This document shows, piece after piece, positions 41,400 through 55,849 of a stretch of 64,000 bases of DNA. The translations under genes and the position numbers were made by a program. This DNA is from Eledone cirrhosa. Lineage: Eukaryota. How positions within the stretch are numbered: position 1 is the stretch's first letter; each line of letters begins with the position of its first letter. The stretch covers positions 21,700,001 to 21,764,000 of the forward strand of contig OZ024744.1 of assembly GCA_964016885.1 (NCBI GenBank). Direction: 5' to 3'. The notes under the pieces were generated by a model. That model had not been told where the DNA came from. It made no database searches and was given only the letters and a program-made list of their open reading frames with translations.

Positions 41400-42160
41400 G
41401 CTATGACATATTCAGACAGAAGAGGTGACAGGCACATCAGCTATGACATCTACAGACAGAAGAGGTGACAGCCACCACAGCTATGACATTTCAGACAGTT
41501 AGAAGAGGTGACAGGCACAACAGCCATGACATCTTTAGTCAGTTAGAAGAGGTGACAGCCACAACAGCTATGACATATTCAGACAGTTAGAAGAGGTGAC
41601 AGCAACAACAGCTATGACATCTTCAGACAGTTAGAAGAGGTGACAGGCACAACAGCTATGACATATTCAGACAGAAGAGGTGACAGGCACATCAGCTATG
41701 ACATCTTCAGACAGAAGAGGTGACAGCCACAACAGCTATGACATCTTCAGACAGTTAGAAGAGGTGACAGGCACAACAGCTATGACATCTTCAGACAGAA
41801 GAGGTGACAGGCACATCAGCTATGACATCTACAGACAGAAGAGGTGACAGCCACCACAGCTATGACATTTCAGACAGTTAGAAGAGGTGACAGGCACAAC
41901 AGCCATGACATCTTTAGTCAGTTAGAAGAGGTGACAGCCACAACAGCTATGACATATTCAGACAGTTAGAAGAGGTGACAGCAACAACAGCTATGACATC
42001 TTCAGACAGTTAGAAGATGTGACAGCCACAACAGCTATGACATATTCAGACAGAAGAGGTGACAGGCACATCAGCTATGACATCTTCAGACAGAAGAGGT
42101 GACAGCCACAACAGCTATGACATCTTCAGACAGTTAGAAGAGGTGACAGGCACAACAGCT
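41400..42160 (+). repeat. Short tandem duplication, period 379 bp
   Basis: GCCACCACAGCTATGACATTTCAG at 41471 and 41850, with matching flanking monomers. Confidence 0.75.
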
Positions 42161-45100
42161 ATGACATCTTTAGACAGTTAGAAGAGGTGACAGCCACCAC
42201 AGCTATGAGATATTCAGACAGTTAGAAGAGGTGACAGGCACAACAGCTATGACATCTTCAGACAGTTAGAAGAGGTGACAGGAACAACAGGTATGACATC
42301 TTTAGACAGTTAGAAGAGGTTACAGGAACAACAGCTATGACATCTTCAGAATGAAGAGGTGACAGGCACAACAGCTATGACATCTACAGACAGAAGAGGT
42401 GACAGCAACAACAGCTATGGCATATTCAGACAGTTAGAAGAGGTGACAGCCACAACAGCTATGACATCTTCAGACAGTTATAAGATGTGACAGCCACAAC
42501 AGCTATGACATATTCAGACCATAGAGGTGACAGGCACATCAGCTATGACATCTTTAGACAGTTAGAAGAGGTGACAGCCACAACAGCTATGACATATTCA
42601 GACAGTTAGAAGAGGTGACAGCAACAACAGCTATGACATCTTCAGACAGAAGAGGTGACAGCCACAACAGCTATGACATCTTCAGACAGTTAGAAGAGGT
42701 GACAGGCACAACAGCCATGACATCTTTAGTCAGTTAGAAGAGGTGACAGCCATAACAGCTATGACATATTTAGACAGTTAGAAGAGGTTACAGGCACAAC
42801 AGCTATGACATCTTCAGACAGTTAGAAGAGGTGACAGGCACAATAGCTATGACATCTTTAGACAGTTAGAAGAGGTGACAGGCACAACAGCTATGACATC
42901 TTCAGACAGTTAGAAGAGGTGAAAGGCACAACATCTATGACATTTTCAGACAGTTAGAAGAGGTGACAGCCAAAGCAGCTATGACATCTTCAGACAGTTA
43001 GAAGAGGTGACAGCCACAACAGCTATGACATCTTTAGACAGTTAGAAGAGGCGACAGGCACAACAGCTATGACATCTTCAGACAGTTAGAAGAGGTGACA
43101 GCCACAACAGCTATGACGTCTTTAGACAGTTAGAAGAGGTGACAGGAACAACAGCTATGACATCTTCAGACAGTTAGAAGAGGTAACAGGCACAACAGCT
43201 ATGACATCTTCAGACAGTTAGAAGAGGTGACAGCAACAACAGCTATGACATCTTCAGACAGTAGAGGTGACAGCGAAAAGAGCTATGACATCTTCAGACA
43301 GTTAGAAGAGCTGACAGGCACAACAGCAATGACATCTTTAGACAGTTGGAAGAGGTGACAGCCACAACAGCCATGACATATTCAGACAGTTAGAAGAGGT
43401 GACAGGCACAACAGCTATGAGATCTTCAGACAGAAGAGGTGACAGCCACAACAGCTATGACATCTTCAGAGAGAAGAGGTGGCAGGCACAACAGCTATAA
43501 CATCTACAGACAGAAGAGGAGACAGCCACAACAGCTATGACATATACAGACAGTTAAAAGAGGTGACAGCCACAACAGCTATGACATCTTCAGACAGTTA
43601 GAAGATGTGACAGGAACTGCAGCTATGACGTCTTCAGACAGTTAGAAGAGGTGACAGCAACAACAACTATGACATCTTCAGACAGAAGAGGTGACAGCCA
43701 CCACAGCAATGAGATATTCAGACAATTAGAAGAGGTGACAGGCACAACAGCTATGAGATCTTCAGACAGTTAGAAGAGGTGACAGCCATAACAGCTATGG
43801 CATATTCAGACAGTTAGAAGAGGTGACAGCCACAACAGCTATGACATCTTCAGACAGTTAGAAGAGGTGACAGCCACAACAGCTATGACATCTTCAGACA
43901 GTTAGAAGAGGTGACAGCAACAACAGTTATGACATCTTCAGACAGTTAGAAGAGGTGACAGCCACATCAGCTATGACATCTTTAGACAGTTAGAAGAGGT
44001 GACAGCCAAAACAGCTATGACATCTTTAGACAGTTAGAAGAGGTGACAGCCAGAACAACTATGACATCTTTAGACAGTTAGAAGAGGTGACAGGCACAAC
44101 AGCTATGACATCTTCAGACAGTTAGAAGAGGTGACAGCCACAACAGCTATGACATCTTCAGACAGTTAGAAGAGGTGACAGCCACAACAGCTATGACATC
44201 TTCAGACAGTTAGAAGAGGTGACAGCCACAACAGCTATGACATCTTCAGACAGTTATAAGAGGTGACAGCCACATCAGCTATGACATCTACAGACAGAAG
44301 AGGTGACAGCCACAACAGCTATGACATCTTCAGAGAGTTAGAAGAGGTGACAGCAACAACAGCTATGACATTTTCAGACAGTTAGAAGAGGTGACAGGCA
44401 CAACAGCCATGACATCTTTAGACAGTTAGAAGAGATGACAGGAACAACAGCTATGACGTCTTCAGACAGTTAGAAGAGGTGACAGGTACAACAGCTATAA
44501 CATCTTCAGACAGTTAGAAGAGGAGACAGCAACAACAGCTATGACATATTCAGACAGAAGAGGTGACAGCCACAAAAGCTATGAGATCTTCAGACAGTTA
44601 GAAGAGGTGACAGGCACAACAGCTATGACATCTTTAGACAGTTAGAAGAGGTGACAGCCACCACAGCTATGAGATATTCAGACAGTTAGAAGAGGTGACA
44701 GGTACAACAGCTATGACATCTTCAGACAGTTAGAAGAGGTTACAGGAACAACAGCTATGACATCTTCAGAAAGAAGAGGTGACAGGCACAACAGCTATGA
44801 CATCTACAGACAGAAGAGGTGACAGCCACAACAGCTATGGCATATTCAGACAGTTAGAAGAGGTGACAGCCACAACAGCTATGACATCTTCAGACAGAAG
44901 AGGTGACAGGCACATCAGCTATGACATCTACAGACAGTAGATGTGACAGCCACAACAGCTATGACATCTTCAGACAATTAGAAGAGGTGACAGCAACAAC
45001 AGCTATGACATCTTCAGACAGAAGAGGTGACAGCCACAACAGCTATGACATCTTCAGACAGTTAGAAGAGGTGACAGGCACAACAGCTATGACATCTTTA

Positions 45101-48100
45101 GACAGTTAGAAGAGGTGACAGCCACAACAGCTATGACATCTTCAGACAGTTAGAAGAGGTGACAGCCACCACAGCTATGACATATTCAGACAGTTAGAAG
45201 AGGTGACAGCCACAACAGCTATGAGATATTCAGACAGTTAGAAGAGGTGACAGGCACAACAGCTATGACATCTTCAGACAGTTAGAAGAGGTGACAGGAA
45301 CAACAGGTATGACATCTTTAGACAGTTAGAAGAAGTTACAGGAACAACAGCTATGACATCTTCAGAATTAAGAGGTGACAGGCACAACAGCTATGACATC
45401 TACAGACAGAAGAGGTGACAGCAACAACAGCTATGGCATATTCAGACAGTTAGAAGAGGTGACAGCAACAACAGCTATGACATCTTCAGACAGTTAGAAG
45501 AGGTGACAGCCACAACAGCTATGACATCTTCAGACAGTTATAAGATGTGACAGCCACAACAGCCATGACATCTTTAGTCAGTTAGAAGAGGTGACAGCCA
45601 CAACAGCTATGACATCTTCAGACAGTTAGAAGAGGTGACAGGCACAACAGCCATGACATCTTTAGTCAGTTAGAAGAGGTGACAGCCACAACAGCTATGA
45701 CATATTTAGACAGTTAGAAGAGGTGACAGCCAAAGCAGCTATGACATCTTCAGACAGTTAGAAGAGGTGACAGGCACAACAGCTATGACATCTTCAGACA
45801 GTTAGAAGAGGTGACAGCCACAACAGCTATGACATCTTTAGACAGTTGGAAGAGGTGACAGCCACAACAGCTATGACATCTTCAGACAGTTAGAAGAGGT
45901 GACAGCCACAACAGCTATGACATCTTCAGACAGTTAGAAGAGGTAACAGGCACAACAGCTATGACATCTTCTGACAGTTAGAAGAGGTGACAGCAACAAC
46001 AGCTATGACATCTTCAGACAGAAGAGGTGACAGGCACAACAGCTATGACATCATCAGATAGTTAGAAGATGTGACAGCAACAACAGCTATGACATCTTCA
46101 GACAGAAGAGGTGCCAACCATCACAGCTATGAGATATTCAGACAGTTAGAAGAGGTGACAGGCACAACAGCTATGACATCTTCAGACAGTTAGAAGAGGT
46201 GACAGCCACAACAGCTATGACATCTTCAGACAGTTAGAAGAGGTGACAGCAACAAGAGTTATGACATCTTCAGACAGTTAGAAGAGGTGACAGCCACAAC
46301 AGCTATGACATCTTTAGACAGTTAGAAGAGGTGACAGCCAAAACAGCTATGACATCTTTAGACAGTTAGAAGAGGTGACAGCCACAACAGCTATGACATC
46401 TTTAGACAGTTAGAAGAGGTGACAGGCACAACAACTATGACATATTCAGACAGTTAAAGGAGGTGACAGCCACAACAGCTATGACATCTTCAGACAGTTA
46501 GAAGAGGTGACAGCCACAACAGCTATGACATCTTTAGACAGTTAGAAGAGGTGACAGGCACAACAGCTATGACATCTTTAGACAGTTAGAAGAAGTGACA
46601 GGAACAACAGCTATGACATCTTCAGACAGTTAGAAGAGGTGACAGGCACAACAGCTATGACATCTACAGACGGTTAGAAGAGGTGACAGCAACAAAAGCT
46701 ATGACATCTTCAGACAGTTACAAGAGTTGACAGGCACAACAGCTATGACATCTACAGACAGAAGAGGTGACAACCACAACAGCTATGACATATTCAGACA
46801 CTTAGAAGAGGTGACAGGCACAACAGCTATGACATCTTTAGACAGATAGAAGAGGTGACAGCCACAACAGCTATGACATCTTTAGACAGTTAGAAGAGGT
46901 GACAGCCAGAACAACTATGACATCTTTAGACAGTTAGAAGAGGTGACAGGCACAACAGCTATGACATCTTCAGACAGAAGAGGTGACAGCCACCACAGCT
47001 ATGAGATATTCAGACAGTTAGAAGAGGTGACAGGCACAACAGCTATGACATCTTCAGACAGTTAGGAGAGGTGACAGCCACAACAGCTATGACATCTTCA
47101 GACAGTTAGAAGAGGTGACTGGCACAACAGCTATGACATATTCAGACAGTTAGAAGAGGTGACAGGCACAACATCTATGACATCTTCAGACAGTTAGAAG
47201 AGGTGACAGCAACAACAGTTATGACATCTTCAGACAGTTAGAAGAGGTTACAGCCACAACAGCTATGACATCTTTAGACAGTTAGAAGAGGTGACAGCCA
47301 AAACAGCTATGACATCTTTAGACAGTTAGAAGAGGTGACAGCCAGAACAACTATGACATCTTTAGACAGTTAGAAGAGGTGACATGCACAACAGCTATGA
47401 CATCTTCAGACAGTTAGAAGAGGTGACAGCCACACCAGCTATGACATCTTCAGACAGAAGAGGTGACAGGCACATCAGCTATGACATCTACAGACAGAAG
47501 AGGTGACAGCCACAACAGCTATGACATATTCAGACAGTTAGAAGAGGTGACAGCAACAACAGCTCTGACATCTTCAGACAGTTAGAAGAGGTGACAGCCA
47601 CAACAGCTATGACATCTTTAGACAGTTAGAAGAGGTGACAGCCACAACAGCTATGACATCTTTAGAGAGTTAGAAGAGGTGACAGGCACAACAACTATGA
47701 CATCTTCAGACAGTTAGAAGAGGTGACAGCCACAACAGCTATGACATCTTCAGACAGAAGAGGTGACAGCCACAACAGCTATGACATCTTCAGACAGTTA
47801 TAAGATGTGACAGCCACAACAGCTATGACATCTACAGACAGAAGAGGTGACAGCCACAACAGCTATGACATTTCAGACAGTTAGAAGAGGTGACAGGCAC
47901 AACAGCCATGACATCTTAAGTCAGTTAGAAGAGGTGACATCACAACAGCTATGACATCTTTAGACAGTTAGAAGAGGTGACAGGAACAACAGCTATGACG
48001 TCTTCAGACAGTTAGAAGAGGTGACTGGCACAACAGCTATGACATCTTCAGACAGAAGAGGTGACAGCCACAACAGCTATGACATCTTCAGACAGTTAGA

Positions 48101-51100
48101 AGAGGTGACAGGCACAACAGCTATGACATCTTTAGACAATTAGAAGAGGTGATAGCCACCACAGCTATGAGATATTCAGACAGTTAGAAGAGGTGACAGG
48201 CACAACAGCTATGACATCTTCAGACAGTTAGAAGAGGTGACAGGAACAACAGCTATGACATCTTTAGACAGTTAGAAGAGGTTACAGGAACAACAGCTAT
48301 GACATCTTCAGAATGAAGAGGTGACAGGCACAACAGCTATGACATCTACAAACAGAAGAGGTGACAGCAACAACAGCTATGGCATATTCAGACAGTTAGA
48401 AGAGGTAACAGCCACAACAGCTATGACATCTTCAGACAGTTATAAGATGTGACAGCCACAACAGCTATGACATATTCAGACCATAGAGGTGACAGGCACA
48501 TCAGCTATGACATCTACAGACAGAAGAGGTGACAGCCACAACAGCTATGACATCTTCAGACAGTTAGAAGAGGTGACAGGCACAACAGCCATGACATCTT
48601 TAGTCAGTTAGAAGAGGTGACAGCCACAACAGCTATGACATATTTAGACAGTTAGAAGAGGTTACAGGCACAACAGCTATGACATCTTCAGACAGTTAGA
48701 AGAGGTGACAGGCACAATAGCTATGACATCTTTAGACAGTTAGAAGAGGTGACAGGCACAACAGCTATGACATCTTCAGATAGTTAGAAGAGGTGAAAGG
48801 CACAACATCTATGACATTTTCAGACAGTTAGAAGAGTTGACAGCCAAAGCAGCTATGACATCTTCAGACAGTTAGAAGAGGTGACAGCCACAACAGCTAT
48901 GACATCTTTAGACAGTTAGAAGAGGCGACAGGCACAACAGCTATGACATCTTCAGACAGTTAGAAGAGGTGACAGCCACAACAGCTATGACGTCTTTAGA
49001 CAGTTAGAAGAGGTGACAGGAACAACAGATATGACATCTTCAGACAGTTAGAAGAGGTAACAGGCACAACAGCTATGACATCTTCAGACAGTTAGAAGAG
49101 GTGACAGCAACAACAGCTATGACATCTTCAGACAGAAGAGGTGACAGCGAAAAGAGCTATGACATCTTCAGACAGTTAGAAGAGCTGACAGGCACAACAG
49201 CAATGACATCTTTAGACAGTTAGAAGAGGTGACAGCCACAACAGCTATGAGATCTTCAGACAGAAGAGGTGACAGCCACAAAAGCTATGACATCTTCAGA
49301 GAGAAGAGGTGACAGGCACAACAGCTATAACATCTACAGACAGAAGAGGAGACAGCCACAACAGCTATGACATATTCAGACAGTTAAAGGAGGTGACAGC
49401 CACAACAGCTATGACATCTTCAGACAGTTAGAAGAGGTGACAGGCACCACAGCTATGAGATATTCAGACAGTTAGAAGAGGTGACAGGCTCAACAGCTAT
49501 GACATCTTCAGACAGTTAGAAGAGGTGACAGCCACCACAGCTATGAGATATTCAGACAGTTAGAAGAGGTTACAGGAACAACAGCTATGACATCTTCAGA
49601 AAGAAGAGGTGACAGGCACAACAGCTATGACATCTAGAGACAGAAGAGGTGACCGCCACAACAGCTATGGCATATTCAGACAGTTAGAAGAGGTGACAGC
49701 CACAACAGCTATGACATCTTCAGACAGTTATAAGATGTGACAGCCACAACAGCTATGACATATTCAGACAGAAGAGGTGACAGGCACATCAGCTATGACA
49801 TCTACAGACAGAAGATGTGACAGCCACAACAGCTATGACATCTTCAGACAATTAGAAGAGGTGACAGCAACAACAGCTATGACATCTTCAGACAGTTAGA
49901 AGAGGTGACAGCCACAACAGCTATGACGTCTTTAGACAGTTAGAAGAGGTGACAGTAACAACAGCTATGACATCTTCAGAAGTTAGAAGAGGTAACAGGC
50001 ACAACAGCTATGACATCTTCAGACAGTTAGAAGAGGTGACAGCAACAACAGCTATGACAGCTTCAGACAGAAGAGGTGACAGGCACAACAGCTATGACAT
50101 CTTCAGACAGTTAGAAGAGGTGACAGCAACACCAGCTATGACATCTTCAGACAGAAGAGGGGACAGCCATCACAGCTATGAGATATTCAGACAGTTAGAA
50201 GAGGTGACAGGCACAACAGCTATGACATCTTTAGACAGTTAGAAGAGGTGACAGCAACAACAGTTATGACATCTTCAGACAGTTAGAAGAGGTGACAGCC
50301 ACAACAGCTATGACATCTTTAGACAGTTAGAAGAGGTGACAGCCAAAACAGCTATGACATCTTTAGACAGTTAGAAGAGGTGACAGCCAAAACATCTATG
50401 ACATCTTTAGACAGTTAGAAGAGGTGACAGCCACAACAGCTATGACATCTTTAGACAGTTAGAAGAGGTGACAGGCACAACAGCTATGACATCTTCAGAC
50501 AGTTAGAAGAGGTGACAGCCACAACAGCTATGACATCTTCAGACAGAAGAGGTGACAGGCACATCAGCTATGACATCTACAGACAGAAGAGGTGACAGCC
50601 ACAACAGCTATGACATTTCAGACAGTTAGAAGAGGTGACAGGCACAACAGCCATGACATCTTTAGTCAGTTAGAAGAGGTGACAGCCACAACAGCTATGA
50701 CATCTTTAGACAGTTAGAAGAGGTGACAGGAACAACAGCTATGACGTCTTCAGACAGTTAGAAGAGGTGACAGGCACAACAGCTATGACATCTTCAGACA
50801 GTTAGAAGAGGTGACAGCCACAACAGCTATGACGTCTTTAGACAGTTAGAAGAGGTGACAGTAACAACAACTATGACATCTTCAGAAGTTAGAAGAGGTA
50901 ACAGGCACAACAGCTATGACATCTTCTGACAGTTAGAAGAGGTGACAGCAACAACAGCTATGACATCTTCAGACAGAAGAGGTGACAGGCACAACAGCTA
51001 TGACATCATCACATAGTTAGAAGATGTGACAGCAACAACAGCTATGACATCTTCAGACAGAAGAGGTGCCAACCATCACAGCTATGAGATATTCAGACAG

Positions 51101-53699
51101 TTAGAAGAGGTGACAGGCACAACAGCTATGACATCTTCAGACAGTTAGAAGAGGTGACAGCCACAACAGCTATGACATCTTCAGACAGTTAGAAGAGGTG
51201 ACAGCAACAAGAGTTATGACATCTTCAGACAGTTAGAAGAGGTGACAGCCACAACAGCTATGACATCTTTAGACAGTTAGAAGAGGTGACAGCCAAAACA
51301 GCTATGACATATTTAGACAGTTAGAAGAGGTGACAGCCACAACAGCTATGACATCTTTAGACAGTTAGAAGAGGTGACAGGCACAACAACTATGACATAT
51401 TCAGACAGTTAAAGGAGGTGACAGCCACAACAGCTATGACATCTTCAGACAGTTAGAAGAGGTGACAGCCACAACAGCTATGACATCTTTAGACAGTTAG
51501 AAGAGGTGACAGCCAAAACAGCTATGACATCTTTAGACAGTTAGAAGAGGTGACAGCCAGAACAACTATGACATCTTTAGACAGTTAGAAGAGGTGACAG
51601 GCACAACAGCTATGACATCTTCAGACAGAAGAGGTGACAGCCACCACAGCTATGACATCTTCAGACAGTTAGAAGAGGTGACAGGCACAACAGCTATGAC
51701 ATCTTCAGACAGTTAGAAGAGGTGACAGCCACAACAGCTATGACATCTTCAGACAGTTAGAAGAGGTGACTGGCACAACAGCTATGACATCTTCAGACAG
51801 TTAGAAGAGGTGACAGGCACAACAGCTATGACATCTTCAGACAGTTAGAAGAGGTGACAGCAACAACAGTTATGACATCTTCAGACAGTTAGAAGAGGTT
51901 ACAGCCACAACAGCTATGACATCTTTAGACAGTTAGAAGAGGTGACAGCCAAAACAGCTATGACATCTTTAGACAGTTAGAAGAGGTGACAGCCAGAACA
52001 ACTATGACATCTTTAGACAGTTAGAAGAGGTGACATGCACAACAGCTATGACATCTTCAGACAGTTAGAAGAGGTGACAGCCACAACAGCTATGACATCT
52101 TCAGACAGAAGAGGTGACAGGCACATCAGCTATGACATCTACAGACAGAAGAGGTGACAGCCACAACAGCTATGACATATTCAGACAGTTAGAAGAGGTG
52201 ACAGCAACAACAGCTCTGACATCTTCAGACAGTTAGAAGAGGTGACAGCCACAACAGCTATGACATCTTTAGACAGTTAGAAGAGGTGACAGCCACAACA
52301 GCTATGACATCTTTAGAGAGTTAGAAGAGGTGACAGGCACAACAACTATGACATCTTCAGACAGTTAGAAGAGGTGACAGCCACAACAGCTATGACATCT
52401 TCAGACAGAAGAGGTGACAGCCACAACAGCTATGACATCTTCAGACAGTTATAAGATGTGACAGCCACAACAGCTATGACATCTACAGACAGAAGAGGTG
52501 ACAGCCACAACAGCTATGACATTTCAGACAGTTAGAAGAGGTGACAGGCACAACGGCCATGACATCTTAAGTCAGTTAGAAGAGGTGACATCACAACAGC
52601 TATGACATCTTTAGACAGTTAGAAGAGGTGACAGGAACAACAGCTATGACGTCTTCAGACAGTTAGAAGAGGTGACAGGCACAACAGCTATGACATCTTC
52701 AGACAGAAGAGGTGACAGCCACAACAGCTATGACATCTTCAGACAGTTAGAAGAGGTGACAGGCACAACAGCTATGACATCTTTAGACAATTAGAAGAGG
52801 TGATAGCCACCACAGCTATGAGATATTCAGACAGTTAGAAGAGGTGACAGGCACAACAGCTATGACATCTTCAGACAGTTAGAAGAGGTGACAGGAACAA
52901 CAGCTATGACATCTTTAGACAGTTAGAAGAGGTTACAGGAACAACAGCTATGACATCTTCAGAATGAAGAGGTGACAGGCACAACAGCTATGACATCTAC
53001 AAACAGAAGAGGTGACAGCAACAACAGCTATGACATCTTCAGACAGTTAGAAGAGGTGACAGGCACAACAGCTATGACATCTTTAGACAGTTAGAAGAGG
53101 TGACAACCACAACAGCTATGGCATATTCAGACAGTTAGAAGAGGTAACAGCCACAACAGATATGACATCTTCAGACAGTTATAAGATGTGACAGCCACAA
53201 CAGCTATGACATATTCAGACCATAGAGGTGACAGGCACATCAGCTATGACATCTACAGACAGAAGAGGTGACAGCCACAACAGCTATGACATCTTCAGAC
53301 AGTTAGAAGAGGTGACAGGCACAACAGCCATGACATCTTTAGTCAGTTAGAAGAGGTGACAGCCACAACAGCTATGACATATTTAGACAGTTAGAAGAGG
53401 TTACAGGCACAACAGCTATGACATCTTCAGACAGTTAGAAGAGGTGACAGGCACAATAGCTATGACATCTTTAGACAGTTAGAAGAGGTGACAGGCACAA
53501 CAGCCATGACATCTTCAGACAGTTAGAAGAGGTGACAGGCACAACAGCTATGACATCTTCAGACAGTTAGAAGAGGTGACAGGCACAATAGCTATGACAT
53601 CTTTAGACAGTTAGAAGAGGTGACAGGCACAACAGCCATGACATCTTCAGACAGTTAGAAGAGGTGACAGGCACAACAGCCATGACATCTTCAGACAGT

Positions 53700-55130
53700 T
53701 AGAAGAGGTGACAGGCACAACAGCTATGACATCTTCAGATAGTTAGAAGAGGTGAAAGGCACAACATCTATGACATTTTCAGACAGTTAGAAGAGTTGAC
53801 AGCCAAAGCAGCTATGACATCTTCAGACAGTTAGAAGAGGTGACAGCCACAACAGCTATGACATCTTTAGACAGTTAGAAGAGGCGACAGGCACAACAGC
53901 TATGACATCTTCAGACAGTTAGAAGAGGTGACAGCCACAACAGCTATGACGTCTTTAGACAGTTAGAAGAGGTGACAGGAACAACAGATATGACATCTTC
54001 AGACAGTTAGAAGAGGTAACAGGCACAACAGCTATGACATCTTCAGACAGTTAGAAGAGGTGACAGCAACAACAGCTATGACATCTTCAGACAGAAGAGG
54101 TGACAGCGAAAAGAGCTATGACATCTTCAGACAGTTAGAAGAGCTGACAGGCACAACAGCAATGACATCTTTAGACAGTTAGAAGAGGTGACAGCCACAA
54201 CAGCTATGAGATCTTCAGACAGAAGAGGTGACAGCCACAAAAGCTATGACATCTTCAGAGAGAAGAGGTGACAGGCACAACAGCTATAACATCTACAGAC
54301 AGAAGAGGAGACAGCCACAACAGCTATGACATATTCAGACAGTTAAAGGAGGTGACAGCCACAACAGCTATGACATCTTCAGACAGTTAGAAGAGGTGAC
54401 AGGCACAATAGCTATGACATCTTTAGACAGTTAGAAGAGGTGACAGGCACAACAGCTATGACATCTTCAGATAGTTAGAAGAGGTGAAAGGCACAACATC
54501 TATGACATTTTCAGACAGTTAGAAGAGTTGACAGCCAAAGCAGCTATGACATCTTCAGACAGTTAGAAGAGGTGACAGCCACAACAGCTATGACATCTTT
54601 AGACAGTTAGAAGAGGCGACAGGCACAACAGCTATGACATCTTCAGACAGTTAGAAGAGGTGACAGCCACAACAGCTATGACGTCTTTAGACAGTTAGAA
54701 GAGGTGACAGGAACAACAGCTATGACATCTTCAGACAGTTAGAAGAGGTAACAGGCACAACAGCTATGACATCTTCAGACAGTTAGAAGAGGTGACAGCA
54801 ACAACAGCTATGACATCTTCAGACAGAAGAGGTGACAGCGAAAAGAGCTATGACATCTTCAGACAGTTAGAAGAGCTGACAGGCACAACAGCAATGACAT
54901 CTTTAGACAGTTAGAAGAGGTGACAGCCACAACAGCTATGAGATCTTCAGACAGAAGAGGTGACAGCCACAAAAGCTATGACATCTTCAGAGAGAAGAGG
55001 TGACAGGCACAACAGCTATAACATCTACAGACAGAAGAGGAGACAGCCACAACAGCTATGACATATTCAGACAGTTAAAGGAGGTGACAGCCACAACAGC
55101 TATGACATCTTCAGACAGTTAGAAGAGGTG
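53700..55130 (+). repeat. Tandem duplication, period 732 bp
   Basis: GCGAAAAGAGC at 54106/54838 and CAGATAGTTAGAAGAGGTGAAAGG at ~53736/~54468. 732 = 13x44 + 4x40. Confidence 0.87.
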
Positions 55131-55849
55131 ACAGGCACAACAGCTATCACATCTTTAGACAGTTAGAAGAGGTGACAGCCACCACAGCTATGAGATATTC
55201 AGACAGTTAGAAGAGGTGACAGGCTCAACAGCTATGACATCTTCAGACAGTTAGAAGAGGTTACAGGAACAACAGCTATGACATCTTCAGAAAGAAGAGG
55301 TGACAGGCACAACAGCTATGACATCTAGAGACAGAAGAGGTGACCGCCACAACAGCTATGGCATATTCAGACAGTTAGAAGAGGTGACAGCCACAACAGC
55401 TATGACATCTTCAGACAGTTATAAGATGTGACAGCCACAACAGCTATGACATATTCAGACAGAAGAGGTGACAGGCACATCAGCTATGACATCTACAGAC
55501 AGAAGATGTGACAGCCACAACAGCTATGACATCTTCAGACAATTAGAAGAGGTGACAGCAACAACAGCTATGACATCTTCAGACAGTTAGAAGAGGTGAC
55601 AGCAACAACAGCTATGACAGCTTCAGACAGAAGAGGTGACAGGCACAACAGCTATGACATCTTCAGACAGTTAGAAGAGGTGACAGCAACACCAGCTATG
55701 ACATCTTCAGACAGAAGAGGGGACAGCCATCACAGCTATGAGATATTCAGACAGTTAGAAGAGGTGACAGGCACAACAGCTATGACATCTTTAGACAGTT
55801 AGAAGAGGTGACAGCAACAACAGTTATGACATCTTCAGACAGTTAGAAG

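Noticed and set aside
767-55802. 48 short + strand ORFs (62-97 aa) as protein-coding genes
   Set aside because: All are translations of the satellite. Nearly all start at the repeat's GTG, and they end whenever 40/44 alternation breaks. There is no unique coding or regulatory context.
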